A stretch of 64,000 nucleotides of DNA from the human T2T-CHM13v2.0 reference genome, Homo sapiens (GCF_009914755.1 NC_060928.1); one strand, 5' to 3'; shown: positions 45,461-60,207, numbered from the stretch's first letter. Numbers and translations: made by a program. Notes: a model not told the origin generated them from the letters alone.

Positions 45461-46326
45461 GAATGATAATAGCAGGAGCCTGCAGTCAGGAGAGGAAGTG
45501 TCTTGTGCCAAGAAAAAAAAAAGGCACAGAAAGTTATTTAAAACTGATAAAACCCACCAGGAGTCACAATCCCATCATGGTTTCCCTTTGGAAAAGAAGT
45601 TTTCAGAAGCCCCAATTAACCTTAATTGAATTCTGCCTTAGTAATATCTGGAATTTTAATTGACTGGGAAGGTGATCATAAATCTATGTTCATAATGCGG
45701 CTTAGCCATTAGTAAATCCCCGGATGGCACACAGCCTTGTCATGCGAGGGACTTAGCTATTCTGTGGGTGAGGCTGGGTTTTAGATCATAAAACAAACAT
45801 TCAAAAGAGAAAGCCCCTCACTGTCAGAGCCAGCCTGAGAGCAGCTACAGTGTAGTGTAGTGCAGAGCAGAAGAGAACGATCAATTCCAGTGAAATAAAG
45901 GTTCATGTTTGTGGTGTCATCGTCATTGAGTTCCTAAAACGTAAACAGAAGCACCATCTCCCATGCCCTCCAGAAAGAAATCATCCTTCCAATCATTTAG
46001 AATAAGCATAGGACTGTTTAGATTTTCTCTTTTAGAAAATCAACCACCAATTCACTCCTTTGTTATTAAAACTGCTGAGGCCAGGGAGATATTTCAGGTC
46101 TTTCAAATTGCCTGAATGTGACTATTTTAACTAGAAGGTTCTCAGTTAGGGTTGAGGGGCCTCTCAGAATGACCTAGATGCTTTTTCAGAACCCCAAGCG
46201 TGAAATCAAACTGAGGAAAGGGGCCCTGGTATATGCATTTTGAAAGAAAAAAAAAAATGTCCTGGTAGTTTCTGAATTGGAGTTCCTTCCTATCCCCCAA
46301 ACCCACCACTTCAGGTTGAAAAACCA

Positions 46327-46379
46327 TGACTTTAGTCAAATTGACAGGCCACCTCTGTCAAACAATCAGGCTGATTGAT
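46327..46379. promoter_or_regulatory. Palindrome-rich PBX/MEIS-like motif cassette
   Basis: TTGACAG-N7-CTGTCAA, AACAAT, TGATTGAT and overlapping palindromes. Confidence 0.45.
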
Positions 46380-46736
46380 TTTCATTTCACAAAATTGAAT
46401 GGATATTTGAATTAACTAAGATCACCAGTTATTCTGAAATCGTCTAAAAATAGTTTGGATATGATTTGACATGGCAGGAGAAACTGTGACTCAGATCAGC
46501 TCCTCTTTCATTCCTCCCCATTTTCGCCCACACTTTCTGATCCTTCTACCACAATCAGAGAAAAATCAGGGCATCTCCCCCATATAATGCATTTCTTACT
46601 TTTGTTGCTTTCATTCAAACTTTGCCTAACACTGCCAACAGAAACCATTAAAACCTCAAGAATTGTCAATGAAAGTAAAGTTCTATATGTTGACCAGGTG
46701 GTGAAATGAGTCAAAAGATGAATTTAAAGGGTCCTG

Positions 46737-47032
46737 GGCTGGGCACTGTGGCTCACGCCTGTAATCCTAGCACTTTCGGAGGCCAAGGTGGGAGGATCAC
46801 CTGAGATCGGGAGCCCGAGACCAGCCTGACCAACATGGAGAAACCCCATCTCTACTAATAATACAAAATTAGCCGGATGTGGTGGCACATGCCTATAATC
46901 CCAGCTACTCAGGAGGCTGAGGCAGGAGAATCGCTTGAAACCGGGAGGCCAAGGGTGCGGTGAGCCGAGATCGCGCTATTGCAGTCCAGCCTGGGCAACT
47001 AGAGTGAAACACTGTCTAAAAAAAAAAAAAAA
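46737..47032 (+). mobile_element. AluSp
   Basis: full dimer, accaacatggagaaacccc. Confidence 0.95.
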
Positions 47033-47524
47033 TCCTGGTGGGGGCACAGGGAAAATTAGTCACTCTCCTAAAGATCCCCAACACTGTCTGTTTTTACATG
47101 AACCCTATTTCCTTCAGCACTCCTGAGTTGCTCATGGTGAAATTGGTCAGAAATAAACTTTGGAAACTGGCACTATGCAAATTCAGACAAAGGAGAAGTC
47201 ATTTCTTCAGGCTCTAATTCACTTTCAAAGTCATGTGGAGCCCCAGAAGTAGTAAATAAGTCTGAAACAGATAATTGCCTCTTCCTGCACAAATTTTCCT
47301 GAAACTTGAAAACTTGAAATTTTACCAAAACTTAAAAACTTGAAAAAAAATGAAATAATAGTTGTAGACATTGCCCTTTAATAATTTTATAAATCCTCTC
47401 CTATATTTTTCTTATCTACCTCAACTTTTCTCTCTCTCTTTCCTCTCTCTGTCTTGTATAAACATTTTGAAGCCTTCTCACCCAAACCACACTTTTTAGG
47501 AATCACACTAAGAAAAGGGAGAGC

Positions 47525-47783
47525 ATAGCATCTGCATCTGGTGCCTTCTCGCTACATCATAACATCATGAAGGGCATTATATAGCAAGAGGACAAGCACA
47601 TGCGTGTCAGCTCAGGTCTCTTTTCCTCTTCTTATAAAGCCGCCAGCCTCATCATGAGGTCCCTACCCTGATTACCTTATCTAATCCTAATTACCTCCCG
47701 AAGATCCCACTCCAATCAACATATGAATTTGGGGATTAAATTTCCAACACATGAAATTTGGGGGACATATTCAAACCATAGCA
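47525..47783 (-). mobile_element. MST/MLT1A-type LTR fragment
   Basis: ctaatcctaattacctcccg...ggggattaaatttccaacacatgaa...attcaaaccatagca. Confidence 0.75.
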
Positions 47784-47996
47784 AATATCAAAGAAAACAG
47801 AGGAAATTACATGAGTAAATCTAGCATTTATATGGCACAAGTGTGGGAGGTTGGCATTAGTACATCAATAATTATTCACCAGTTGGCCTGTTTTAGGAAA
47901 TGTTTCTGATTACCTGTAATGAAGGGCAAATCCAAGAGCAAGGTCAGAGAAGAGAAATAAATAGATTATTTCAGAATCAATCTTTAAGAATTAAGC

Positions 47997-48180
47997 CAAT
48001 GTTTTCAAAGTATGATCAGTGAAGTACCAGTATCATAACTATCTTGGGTTATTATCAGTGTAGATTCCTGAGCCCCACCCTTGACTTACTAAATCACATC
48101 ACTGAGAATGAGGCCCAAGAATGTACATTTTACAAGTTACTCAGAGTATACTTATGCTCATTAGAGGTGGAAATCACTGA
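47997..48180. mobile_element. MER5-type hAT MITE
   Basis: ttttcaaagtatgatc...tagattcctgagccccaccc...ctaaatcaca...aaatcactg. Confidence 0.65.
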
Positions 48181-48485
48181 GTTGGGCAATAATAATTATC
48201 ACTTATGGGTAACTTTCTTATCAAAATAAGTTAGTGATAGAGATATCTGAACATTGAACTCAGGAAAAAAAAATTTTCCTGGATCAATCATTGAGTTGAC
48301 AAACTAAGTTAGACTTGCTATTTCGTTCTGTTGTTAAAATAAGAAGAAATGAATTTAAGCCCTTCAGGACTGGAAAGCAAAGTGTTTGCAGTGGAATGGC
48401 AGAATAACTTCTTTGGATCTGTTATAAGACTGGGAAAGCCACAGTTGATGATATTGACCAGAGGTCCATCAAGTGACATGGTGAA

Positions 48486-48905
48486 TCAGTTGGCTTTTGC
48501 TACATAGCAAACCACCCCAAAATGTGGTGGCCTGAAATACTAATCATTTATTTGTTCATGATTCTGAGCAATTTGGGTGGTTTTTTTTGTTTTGGCCTGG
48601 CTCAGATGAAGATTAGTGGTCTGGGATGGCCTCACTCACATGTCAGGAGACTCAGCTGAGCCTGGCTTGTCTCTACTCCTCAGGTTCTCCTTCAGCAGCC
48701 TAGCCTGAGCTTTCTTACATGAGGTCCACACTTCAAGGCAGCAAGTGGGAACACGCCACACCTTTCAAGGAGCAGGCTTAGAACTTGTACAACATTGCTT
48801 CCACCACATTATGTATTGGTCAAGGACAGCACAAATCCAAAGAATGGGGAAGTAGGCTGTGTCTCCTAGTGAAAGGAGAAGCAAAGAACTTGTAGACACT
48901 TGAAA
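48486..48905 (-). mobile_element. Old MLT1 (H-K-like) LTR
   Basis: tcagttggcttttgctacatagcaaaccaccccaaaa...tcatttatttgttcatgattctg. Confidence 0.7.
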
Positions 48906-49276
48906 TTATACTTCATAGAGTGCACAGGCAGAGATATGAGGAAATCTTGAAGCACAGATGGTTCTGAAAATAAAATCAAAGTGGATGCTACATTTGTGCC
49001 CCCTACACCCACACTTAGCAATGTGCTGGCAGCATGGCCTCCCTTTACCTAATAACTCTTATTCTCCTCACATCCTTTTCAATCGCATATCTCTCTCCTT
49101 TTCTTGTATTCTCCTTTTCTTTTCAAAAACAATAAAGCCTCTTAATATTGTTAATATTATCAAGACTGGAAAAAATATTAATCGTGACACATTTTCCAAA
49201 ATCATCCAGCCTCAAAATTTCTGAGTCCACTGTAACTTGTCTCTCTCCCTTTCCCCTCACAATTGGTCATCGCCAA

Positions 49277-49621
<345 letters not shown>

Positions 49622-49699
49622 TTATGTCCCCAGAGCATGTCCCCTGCTGTGTACTCATACCATCAACATCCTTACTTAGGCTCTCACTATTTCTCTACC

Positions 49700-49885
49700 C
49701 ACCATTTACTAGTTACAGGTCATTGGTAACTTCCTTTAGGTTTCTATGCTCCCTGTTTCCTAATCTGTAAAATGGGAACAATAATGTACTTATCTGTCAG
49801 AGATGTAGTGAAGATTAAATGAGATATTCTGTATGAAGTATGTAGCACAGAGCCTAGCACATTAGCAAATGCTCATTGACCATAA
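49700..49885 (+). mobile_element. MIR
   Basis: tgtttcctaatctgtaaaatgggaacaataat...gaagattaaatgagata...tagcacagagcctagcaca. Confidence 0.75.
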
Positions 49886-50160
49886 CCTGTTAGAGTCACC
49901 CTGCCATAATTCATCTTTCCTGTTTACCTGATTGTTTCTCCTATTCAAAAAACATCAATGAGTCCCCCAAAGCCCTTGAAAATAAATTCCTCAAGCTGAT
50001 ATTTAAGGCCTTTCATATCTGACCCTATCGTACCTTTCCATTCTTGCTTTTCTCTTCAAAATGCCCTATTCTTTTGATGAAGACCCTCACACTTTCCCCC
50101 TAATTCACACTCAACCTTCAAACATACACCCACACTCAATCACCAACTGCCCACTCAGAC

Positions 50161-50845
50161 TGTCTTAGCCCATTTTGTGCTACTAAAACAGAATACCACA
50201 AACTGGGTAATTAATAATAAACAGGAGTTTATTCCTCACAGTTCTGAAGGCTGGGAAATCCAAGATCAAGGTAGCAGCAGGTTTGGTGTCTGGTGAAGGC
50301 CCAGTGTCTGCATCCAAGAGAGTGCCTTGAACACTGCATCCTGCAGTGTCCTCACACGGCAGAAGGCTGAAGCAGGGAACCCATTCCCAGAAGCTCTTTT
50401 TTTTTTTTTTTGAGACGGAGTCTTGCTCTGTCGCCCAGGCTGGAGTGCAGTGGCGCCATCTCAGCTCACTGGAAGCTCCGCCTCCCGGGTTCCCGCCACT
50501 CTCCTGCCTCAGCCTCGTGAGTAGCTGGGACCATAGGCGCCCGCTACCACGCCCGGCTAATTTTTTGTATTTTTAGTAGAGATGGGGTTTCACCGTGTTA
50601 GCCAGGATGGTCTCAATCGCCTGACCTCGTGATTCGCCCGCCTCGGCCTCCCAAAGTGCTGGGATTATAGGCGTGAGCCACCACGCCCAGCCCCAAAAGC
50701 TCTTTTTAATTCAGCATTACTCCATTCAAGAAGGCAGTGTCCTTATGGCCTAAACACCCCATCAGGCCCCACCTCTCAACACTGCTGCATTTGGGATTAA
50801 GTTTCAAACATATGGTCTTAGGAGACAAACATTCAAACCATAATA
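50161..50845 (-). mobile_element. MSTC/D-like MaLR LTR interrupted by AluY
   Basis: tgtcttagcccattttgtgcta start, aaacattcaaaccata end. Confidence 0.85.
50397..50692 (-). mobile_element. AluY
   Basis: aagctccgcctcccgggtt, ccgtgttagccaggatgg, acctcgtga; TSD cca(g/a)aagctctttt. Confidence 0.93.
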
Positions 50846-51454
50846 ACTAGTGCCCTCAGATACACAACCAATTCACAATCCCTGTCTTAGGGACTTCTGT
50901 CACCTCAAAAAAAAAAACAATTCTATTACACATTTTCTCATTCTCCATTCTGCAACTCCGGCATCAGACAATCCTTTCGTCCTTTGAACATCAAAATAAT
51001 GCTTCTCTTATTGCACTTACACTATGCTCGGTATCACAGTTCTGACTAATCTAACACACTGGAATGCAAGCTCTTAGAACCATGTCTTTTCATCCAATTT
51101 ACCCAGCTATGTTTGATTCAGTTCCGTGTACATAACAGACCCTCAGTAAACATTTTTGGAATTAAGAGAGAGAACTAACCCCTGCATTATCAGCATATTG
51201 AACCCAAACCATATCAGGCTGTAAGGGCTATATTTTGACCCAAAATTTAGCCCCCAACCTGATGTAATAATGCCCCATAATATTACTATGTTCTGTACAC
51301 TTGTATCAACACACAAACATGTACAATTCACTGCCTCAACCTCTTTCCATATATTGTTGAAGAATTCGTGGGAGCAAGAGGTTCTCAAAGGTCTCATTCA
51401 CTCCTGATTTTTTGTCCCTTTTCACAGGACCTGTGGGTATATCATCTCTGACTG

Positions 51455-51600
51455 GTAGTATTTTAAATTTACCCAGTGGTATTTAAATTTATCTGATAGC
51501 ATTTTAAATTGATCTAATTTATTTAATTTACTTAGTCTAATTAAACATCATCTCCACCTGATGTTATTTAACTTCACCTAATGGTATTTTAAATTTATCA
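51455..51600. repeat. Degenerate ~21-bp AT-rich minisatellite
   Basis: variants of ggtattttaaatttacc repeated about six times. Confidence 0.7.
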
Positions 51601-51641
51601 CAGTCTAGAAGTTAATCAGAATCAATAAAATTGGTTTAGGG

Positions 51642-51820
51642 CAGTGCTTCTCAAAGTGTTGTCCCTGGACCAGCAACAGCATCAGGATACTTGGGAGAAA
51701 TACAAATTCTCAGAATCAAACCCAAACCTACTAAATCAGAAACTCAGGAAGTGCCTGGCCAGCTTTCATTTTCACAAACCCTGCAGGTGAGTCAGATGCA
51801 TGCTTGTTTGAGAACCACTG
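51642..51820. mobile_element. MER5A hAT MITE
   Basis: terminal inverted repeats cagtgcttctcaaa / tttgagaaccactg. Confidence 0.85.
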
Positions 51821-52854
51821 GTGAAGGGATTGAGTGAAATTGTTTCTGGACAAATAAACTGGTAACACAGATGGGAGATAAGAAATTTTTTGATGAAAAT
51901 GAACTATCCCTGGGTTGTGGTTTGCATAGATTTGCAGGAGACCAGCCGAGATAGCAGATGAATGTAGTGGCTGAGACCTAATTCTCTGATTGGCCAAGGT
52001 ACAAGATACGCATCTGTTTACTCTGGAACTAAGAGGATAGGGAATGTGTCATAATGTGGCACTGTCAGCACACAGAGTTATTTTTAGAGCTAGGTTTTTG
52101 CTTCACAAGTAGAAGAAGGATTTAGAATACACTCAGAAGAATACAGTATATAAATGTCTTCCAATTGTGGGTTTTCCCTTCACAATGGTAAATTCAGAAA
52201 TAAAAAGAGCCGAGTGATTGATTGCACAGTGGCTCACGTAACAGTGGAGACAGCCAGCCTCACCTGCAAGTATTCAAGCATGTTAATTGGTGCCTAGGTG
52301 GCTCAGGAGCCTCACCTGATCTGAGATGGCTGCTGGTGGCACACACACTCTCATGTGCAATAGGATTACTTAATTAACCTCTACAACACCAAAGGGCCAA
52401 GGCACCCCAGAGCCACTTTTTTGCTGCATAACTACTTCTTATCTTCATTAAGTCTAGTGACAGCTTTCCTAACAGTAGGAAATCATGCCTTAGCCTATGC
52501 TTGATGACTCATTACTAAGCCAAGTTAAGCAAAATCTGTGGCTTTCCAAAAAATACAGTAGGGACTGGTAAAAGTTTAAAAATTCATTCTATACAGAGTG
52601 CTATTGGCTAAGTTCCTTAATCAAAGGATTTTTCGTGATTTCTTGGAGAATCAAATTGGCTGCGGAGATTTAGCTATCTATTTTAGAGATGTGTAGGAGA
52701 CATTCGGCAAGAAAGAGTAAGCATAAGAAGATTCAAGGAACTTGCAGGGAGCAAGAATTTTGCACCTACGTTTTCAAAAATCAAGATGTAAGTGAGTACG
52801 GTCAGGTCTACAATTGGGAGTCAAAGTGGAGTTCAAATCACAAGTAGCTATATA

Positions 52855-53160
52855 GGCCAGGTGCGGTGGCTCATGCTTATAATCCTAACACTTTGGGAGA
52901 GCAAGGTGGGAAGATCACTTGAGGCTAAGAGTTCAAGACCAGCCTGGGCAAAATAGAAAAACCATGTCTCTACAAAAAATAAGTAAATAAATTTAATTAG
53001 CCAGGCATTGTGGCATAGCCCTGTAGTTCCAGCTACTCAGGAGGCTGAGGCAGGAAGATCACTTGAGCTCAGCAGTTCAAGGTTATAGTGAGCTATGATC
53101 GCACCACTGCACTCCAGCCTGGGCAACAGAGTGAGACACTGTCTCTAAAATAAAGATGAA
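52855..53160 (+). mobile_element. AluJ
   Basis: full dimer; TSD aagtagctatata. Confidence 0.93.
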
Positions 53161-53654
53161 AAAGTAGCTATATAAAATTATGAATTATAAAGCATTGTAG
53201 AGAAAACTCTATGACTATCAGAAAATTATTAAATATATTATGTTCAGCATCCAATGTAGATTCTATCTGGCACTAGACACTATAGAGAGCGACATTCATT
53301 GACAAGTAGCTTGACGTAACTTTGGATCCTAGGGTCCCAGTAATTTTAGGAAGAACTGATTTTATAATGTTCTCCTCCCTTCCTCTTTCCCAGTTCCACA
53401 TCAATTAAAATATAAAACCCAAGAACAAATACATTTTCAGAAAGGGAAGAATCTCTTATCCTTGACAAAGCTACAGAAGAGCTATCAGTACAGTTAAGAA
53501 CAGTATGAAATCCTGCCTCAGGTTCTCTGCCATCCCTTCTCGCCTTGTGAATTCACAGTGATTTATTCAGTACACAAATATTCAGCCTCTCACAAGTGCT
53601 AGATAAACGCTGTGCTGTTAACTGGGGATACATTCAAGAAGTCTGCAATCAAAT

Positions 53655-53810
53655 GCAGTCGACCAGACTTTCATGAGAATCACCTGAGGCACGTGTTAAA
53701 CTACCAATATCCAGGCCCCATGCCAAACCTTCTTAATCAGAATCTCTGTGGATGTAATCTTAGAATCTGTGGGCCTCAAAGGCCACCATAGGTATTGAAG
53801 CCCACTGATC
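53655..53810. mobile_element. MER5-type fragment
   Basis: gaatcacctgaggcacgtgttaaa...ccaggccccatgcc...aatcagaatctctg. Confidence 0.55.
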
Positions 53811-54621
53811 TGTGTTAATGGGGAAAGTTTATCCCCATTCCTCCAAATTAAGATGGCTTTTCCTCAGCCAAGAGACTAGTTCCATGGAGGGAAAGCTGCA
53901 TGCATGGTGGTTTCAAGCAAAGGCACCCACCACTTTGGCCTTGCACAAAGACATGCAGTTTTGGCAAAAGCAAACGAACCACTAGGGAAAGGTGCAGACC
54001 ACTTGGCCTTCAGCTATGGCTGGTGGACATGAGGGAGGTGTCATCAGAAGTGGCACAATTTGCTGCAATTGTACTTAATGTGTGTGTTTGGGTGGGTTGG
54101 AAGTTCCCGTGACTCAGCAGAATTTGAAACTGGAGGCAGTAATTTGGGGGCTTTAATTTAAGAATATTCAACTCAAGGGCAAAAGATATTTAGCTCTAAT
54201 TTTCATCTTTTGGACTTTAACATATCTGGGCTTGAAATATTAAGATTTAATTATTGAATTTTAATCTCTCCCTGGGAATTTGATAATGGGAGAGATTCTA
54301 CATCAAACTTTGGCATATCTCTATGTTGTTGGCATTTTATTATTAGATCTTGGCATCTCCTTGCAGATTGTCCAATATGTTATGTTGAACAACAGGACTA
54401 GAAGGGAAAGGGGTGCAATTTCTTGGGTCCTCTGTGTCCTCAACAGCTTTGTGGTATAACAGCAGAAACTTGCTAAAGGTTCATCAAGTGCTTGTTCTGA
54501 CTGGGTCCCCTGACTCTGGCCTAAATGGCATTGGGAGGGGACTGGGACTAGAAAATTTAATAATGCAGTGGTTTTGCAAAACCAAATAGACTTATATCTG
54601 GGTCTTAAAAGGCATAGCCCA

Positions 54622-54920
54622 GGCCAGGTGCAGTGGCTCATGCCTGTAATCCCAGCACATCGGGAGGCGGAGGTGGGTGGATCATGAAGTCAGGAGATTG
54701 AGACCATCCTGGCCAACATGGTGAAACCCCATCTCTTCTAAAAATACAAAAATTAGCTGGGTGTGATGGCATACACCTGTAGTCCCAGCTACTCAGGAGG
54801 CTGAGGCAGGAGAATCGCTTGAATCCGGGAGGTGGAGGCTGCAGTGAGCCGAGATTGCGCGACTGCACTACAGCCTGGTGACAGAGGAAGATACTGTCTA
54901 AAAAAAAAAAAAAAAAAAAA
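54622..54920 (+). mobile_element. AluSc-like
   Basis: gagattgagaccatcctggccaac; TSD gcatagccca. Confidence 0.94.
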
Positions 54921-55647
54921 AAAAGCATAGCCCAGAAGCAATCATATACAGCATTTGGAAAGCCAGGTTTCAAAGATTCACTGACTCCTGTTGTCAGAGT
55001 AAGACCCAAGAATGGGATTGGGACCTAGAGAGTCCAATCAATGGTTTTAAACTAAAGGTTCTTAAAATATAGAATGCAGAGCAACAACGTCAGCACCACC
55101 TAGGTAGTCACGTTACTCATTTCTGTGTCTAGTCAAGTCATTGGCAGGATGTCAGAAAAACTCTCTCAGCATTGCGATCCAAAAGTGCAGGGCTAGAGGT
55201 CACATTGCAATGTGAACGTGTCTTAGGTCTATAATCTACTGTTCAAACTACTTGAGTTAGCCTCAAGGGTCAGACTGTCAAATCATGCCAACACAAATCA
55301 GAGACCTTACTCAAACTCAAGCTTTAATAGTAACCTTAAGGATATAAGCAATCAAGATGCACAGCAAAGCAGGTAAAGGTGGGATGCTCTGTGTACCTGT
55401 TCAGGCCCTTCCTCCCCACATTAAACACATACTCTGGCCCAGAGGAATAATATATGGTGTCTCTAGATGAGGTTTTTGTATCACATCATACTTGGGGGAG
55501 TGTTCAGGTTATGAAAGTTGTAGAGTTAACATAATCCCCTTTGGGAATCATGCCTCATAAATGTATACAGTCTAGGTTTATTGATGTTAAGTAATCCTAA
55601 GCTAGGGCTATCCAACTGAGAACATGCCTTCTTTAAAGACTCTCCTA

Positions 55648-55950
<303 letters not shown>

Positions 55951-56168
55951 AAAGACACTCCTATCCCAAATATCATTAGTCTACCAGAAGGTCCAGTTAT
56001 CATCAGCATGTGTACAAGGAGATTAAACCAGGTCACCTGATTTCTTTTCTGGAAGCATTCCCCCAGGAATCAGGAAAGATGTGGGTCACAGGCTGGCTGC
56101 CTTATCTCTTTCCTCCCCACCAAGACACTTCTGAGACGGAAAAGAAAGATATTATTAACAATTATGCC

Positions 56169-56895
<727 letters not shown>

Positions 56896-56987
56896 TCACC
56901 CTATCTGTAGCACCCAGCACTGGAAGTTTGTGGGTAGCAGAGGAGAAATAAGGCTTGAAATGTAAGGAATCAGAAGGTAGTCTGTGA

Positions 56988-57093
56988 AAAATTATTTTCA
57001 TCTTCAGACATCTAAAATTGTAACTGGAGGATTACAATTGTAACTGGAAAATTATTTTAATCTTCAGACATGTAAAATTGTAACTAGAGGATT
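56988..57093. repeat. Tandem duplication, period 60 bp
   Basis: aaaattattttcatcttcagacatctaaaattgtaactggaggatt occurs twice with few mismatches. Confidence 0.9.
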
Positions 57094-57619
57094 CCCGTTG
57101 AAGCCTAGTCAAAACAAAAGTTTTCTGGCAGAAATATACTCAATAATGCATGACATGTAATTATAAATGCACTCGACATTTTTTTCTTTTTTGATAAGAA
57201 TTGCACAAAACAGAATTTATCATAACTCCTTTATCATAGGCCAAACTTCTATAGTGGTACTAAATGAGTTTGTCTGTGTGTGACATCACATGATTTATGC
57301 ACTCCAAGCTCTAATAAGGAAAAAAAAACTTTGATCAGTCATGCCAGAGGAAGAACTAAATTATCTTTCTATTCTCACTGTAAAAATTGATATTACAAAT
57401 TCATTGTCATGTAAAGAGGCAATCAAAGCATAGACTGCCCCTAAGAAGAGTAGAAAAAATATATAAACGTATCCCAGAAAATACATTAATAAAAATATAA
57501 CATTGCTTTCTGAATTTTACAACTTCTTTGATATTTCTCAGCTTTCTGAGCTTGTGACGTCTGTGATATTTCTCAGCTTTTTGAGTTGCCACCTGCTAAG
57601 GTAGGAAAAACAAAAGAAG

Positions 57620-57915
57620 CTGGGGAGTCGGACAGATTTGGTTTGAATCCTGGTCCTCCCATTTACTAATTATGTGACTTTGGAGAAGCCCCTCTACCTC
57701 TTGGTATCTTGGCTCCCTCATCTGTAAAATGGAGAGAATAAGCATAGCCTGCATCATAGGGACATTATGAAGGTTAAATAAGTGAGCACATTAATTGCTT
57801 AGAACATGGCCTGGTACAGAGTAGGGGCTCAATTAATGTTAATGATTAAGTGGGCAAGTGACCTGTCTTAACCTCTCTGAGCCTCCATTTCTACCCTTAC
57901 AAAATGAGGAAAATG
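57620..57915 (+). mobile_element. MIR elements (two adjacent)
   Basis: ggtttgaatcctgg...catctgtaaaatgg; taacctctctgagcctccatttc. Confidence 0.8.
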
Positions 57916-57988
57916 ATACCCATCTTACAGAAATGCAAAGATTAGAGGTCGAGCCACTGGGATTTAGTGAGTATCAATAAACGAGAAT

Positions 57989-58311
57989 GGCCAGGCACAG
58001 TGGCTCACACCTGTAATTCCAGCATTTTGGGAGGCCAAAGTGGGTGGATCGCTTGAAATCAGGAGTTTGAGACCAGTGTGGCCAACATGGTGAAACCCAG
58101 TCTTTACTAAAAATACAAAAATTAGCTGGGCATGGTGGTGTGCGTCTGTAATCCCAGCCTCCCTACTCAGGAGGCTGAGGTACAAGAATCGCTTGAACCT
58201 GGGAGGCAGAGGTTTCAGTAAGCCCAGATCACGCCACTACACTCCAGCCTGGGTGACAGAGCAGGATCTATCTCAAAAAAATTTTTTTTTTAAGTTTAAA
58301 AAAAAAAAACA
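57989..58311 (+). mobile_element. AluS
   Basis: TSD aaacgagaat. Confidence 0.95.
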
Positions 58312-59532
58312 AAACGAGAATGACTGATATTCAAATAACAGGCTCCAGTGAGCCAATGAGTCTCTCCTCTCAGCTTCCTCAGTGAAGGATCCTGCCCCAC
58401 CTGGATGGTGTTCCTGAAATGTGTGACACCAGCCTCCTGCTCCCAGCCTCCCTTCCTGTGACCCATCACCCCCTCGCACTCCTGGTGGCTCCCTAAAAGT
58501 CTTTGGATATCATAGTTACTTTATTCACCTGGTGTTGAATAAAAGCACCTAACTAGCCTTAGGGCAACAGGATTTCTGCCTTTTTACATTTTATTTCTCT
58601 CATGGTTTTACTTTTTTCTCTCAATCTCTTTCAAGTTTGCAGTGTTTGGTTTATTACACTAGGTATGAGAAAAAAAAAAAAAGATGAGTTGTTAATTGGA
58701 AAGCTTGGGATCTCCCCATGCCTAGAAATTAAACCGTACACTTGGGTCCCAAAAAGAAATGGTTATTGATTCCACTGTAACTGTCAGGGATGTTCTCTGA
58801 CTTCCAACACGCCCTCCGTTCCCTTCCCCAGCAGCCAGAAAGCAGCATGTAAGTAATGCAGCCTGACTTACCTAATGGAATGGCTTGACGCCTTCATTTA
58901 GAAAGCAAAAGCACTAAACTAACACCCTGAAATGAGGTCATCTCAATGTTGTACTTGGAGGAAACTATGAAAAACTTGATTCTTTCACTGAGCTTCAACT
59001 TCTGGTGTCAGTTTAATCCATTCATTGATTTTTATTCATTTACAAACCATTAAGGCCCTGTGTGTTACTCTGATAGGCACTCCTCAGAAACAAGGCCAGA
59101 GAAGCTGAATTTTACTACCAAGTTTCTGAATTTAGAAGTTTGGTTGCTGAAAAGACACAGGATCCAAAATTAAAGAAAGTGTGGGGAGAGAGGGGAGGGA
59201 ATGGCAGGGGTAGGACATCAGCTCTGTGTCCTGTCATCATCTCTCTATCTGCCTGAAAAGAATACTGCCAGCTCTGAACCACTCTAGGACTCTTGCCCAA
59301 GCAAAGGTTTTTTTGTTTTCAAATGAAACAGACCCTGATAGAACAAAACTTTCATGGGAGTAAAAATCACATTATTCCAGGTAATTCCAAGGCATCATCA
59401 TATTGAACTATTTAATCTATACATCCAAATGAGAAAAGTTCATTGTTTCACCACTCTGCTCAGTCTGGCATATTTAAGGGTCAGTCCTGCTACCAAACCA
59501 CAAAAACAGGCCCTGTGATATCCTCTAGTTCA

Positions 59533-59865
59533 CAGGTCCCCAACCCTCGGGATGCAGACTGGCACTGGTCTGTGGCCAGTTAGGAACTGGGCCGCACAGC
59601 AGGAGGTGAGCAGCAGGCCAGCAAGCATTCCTGCCTGAGCTCCACCTCCTGTCATATCAGGGATGGCATTAGATTCTCACAGGACTGCAAATCCTGTTGG
59701 GAACTGTGCACTCAAGGGATCTAGGCTGTGGCTCCTCATGAGAATCTAATGCCTGATGATCTGAGGTGGAACAGTTTCATCCTGAAACCATTCCCTCCAT
59801 GATCTGTAGAAAAATTGTCTTCCATGAAACGTGTCCCTGGTGCCAAGAAAGTTAGGAACCGCTGT
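59533..59865 (+). mobile_element. MER1B hAT-Charlie MITE
   Basis: caggtccccaaccc...gttaggaactgggccgcacagcaggagg...gtccctggtgccaagaaagttaggaaccgctg. Confidence 0.9.
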
Positions 59866-60089
59866 TAGTTGTTCCTGGACTCTGAGCTGAGCCCCTGGCC
59901 TCACCTCTGAGTTTGCCTCTCAACTTATGCTATTTCTTCCTGATTGTTGACCTTGCTCTCAACTCACACCTGAGTCCTGGTGTTCAACACCCCCATCAGC
60001 ACTAACATATTCAAGGAAAAGCACCCAAAAGCCTGGTGCAAAAATAATACTAGAGTTGAATATCATTTTTGTAAAAAATATAATTATAA

Positions 60090-60172
60090 ATATGTGTGTG
60101 TGCATATATATATACACACAAGTATATTTATTATTTATATCTGTGTATGTATATATATATCACTCATATCTA

Positions 60173-60207
<35 letters not shown>

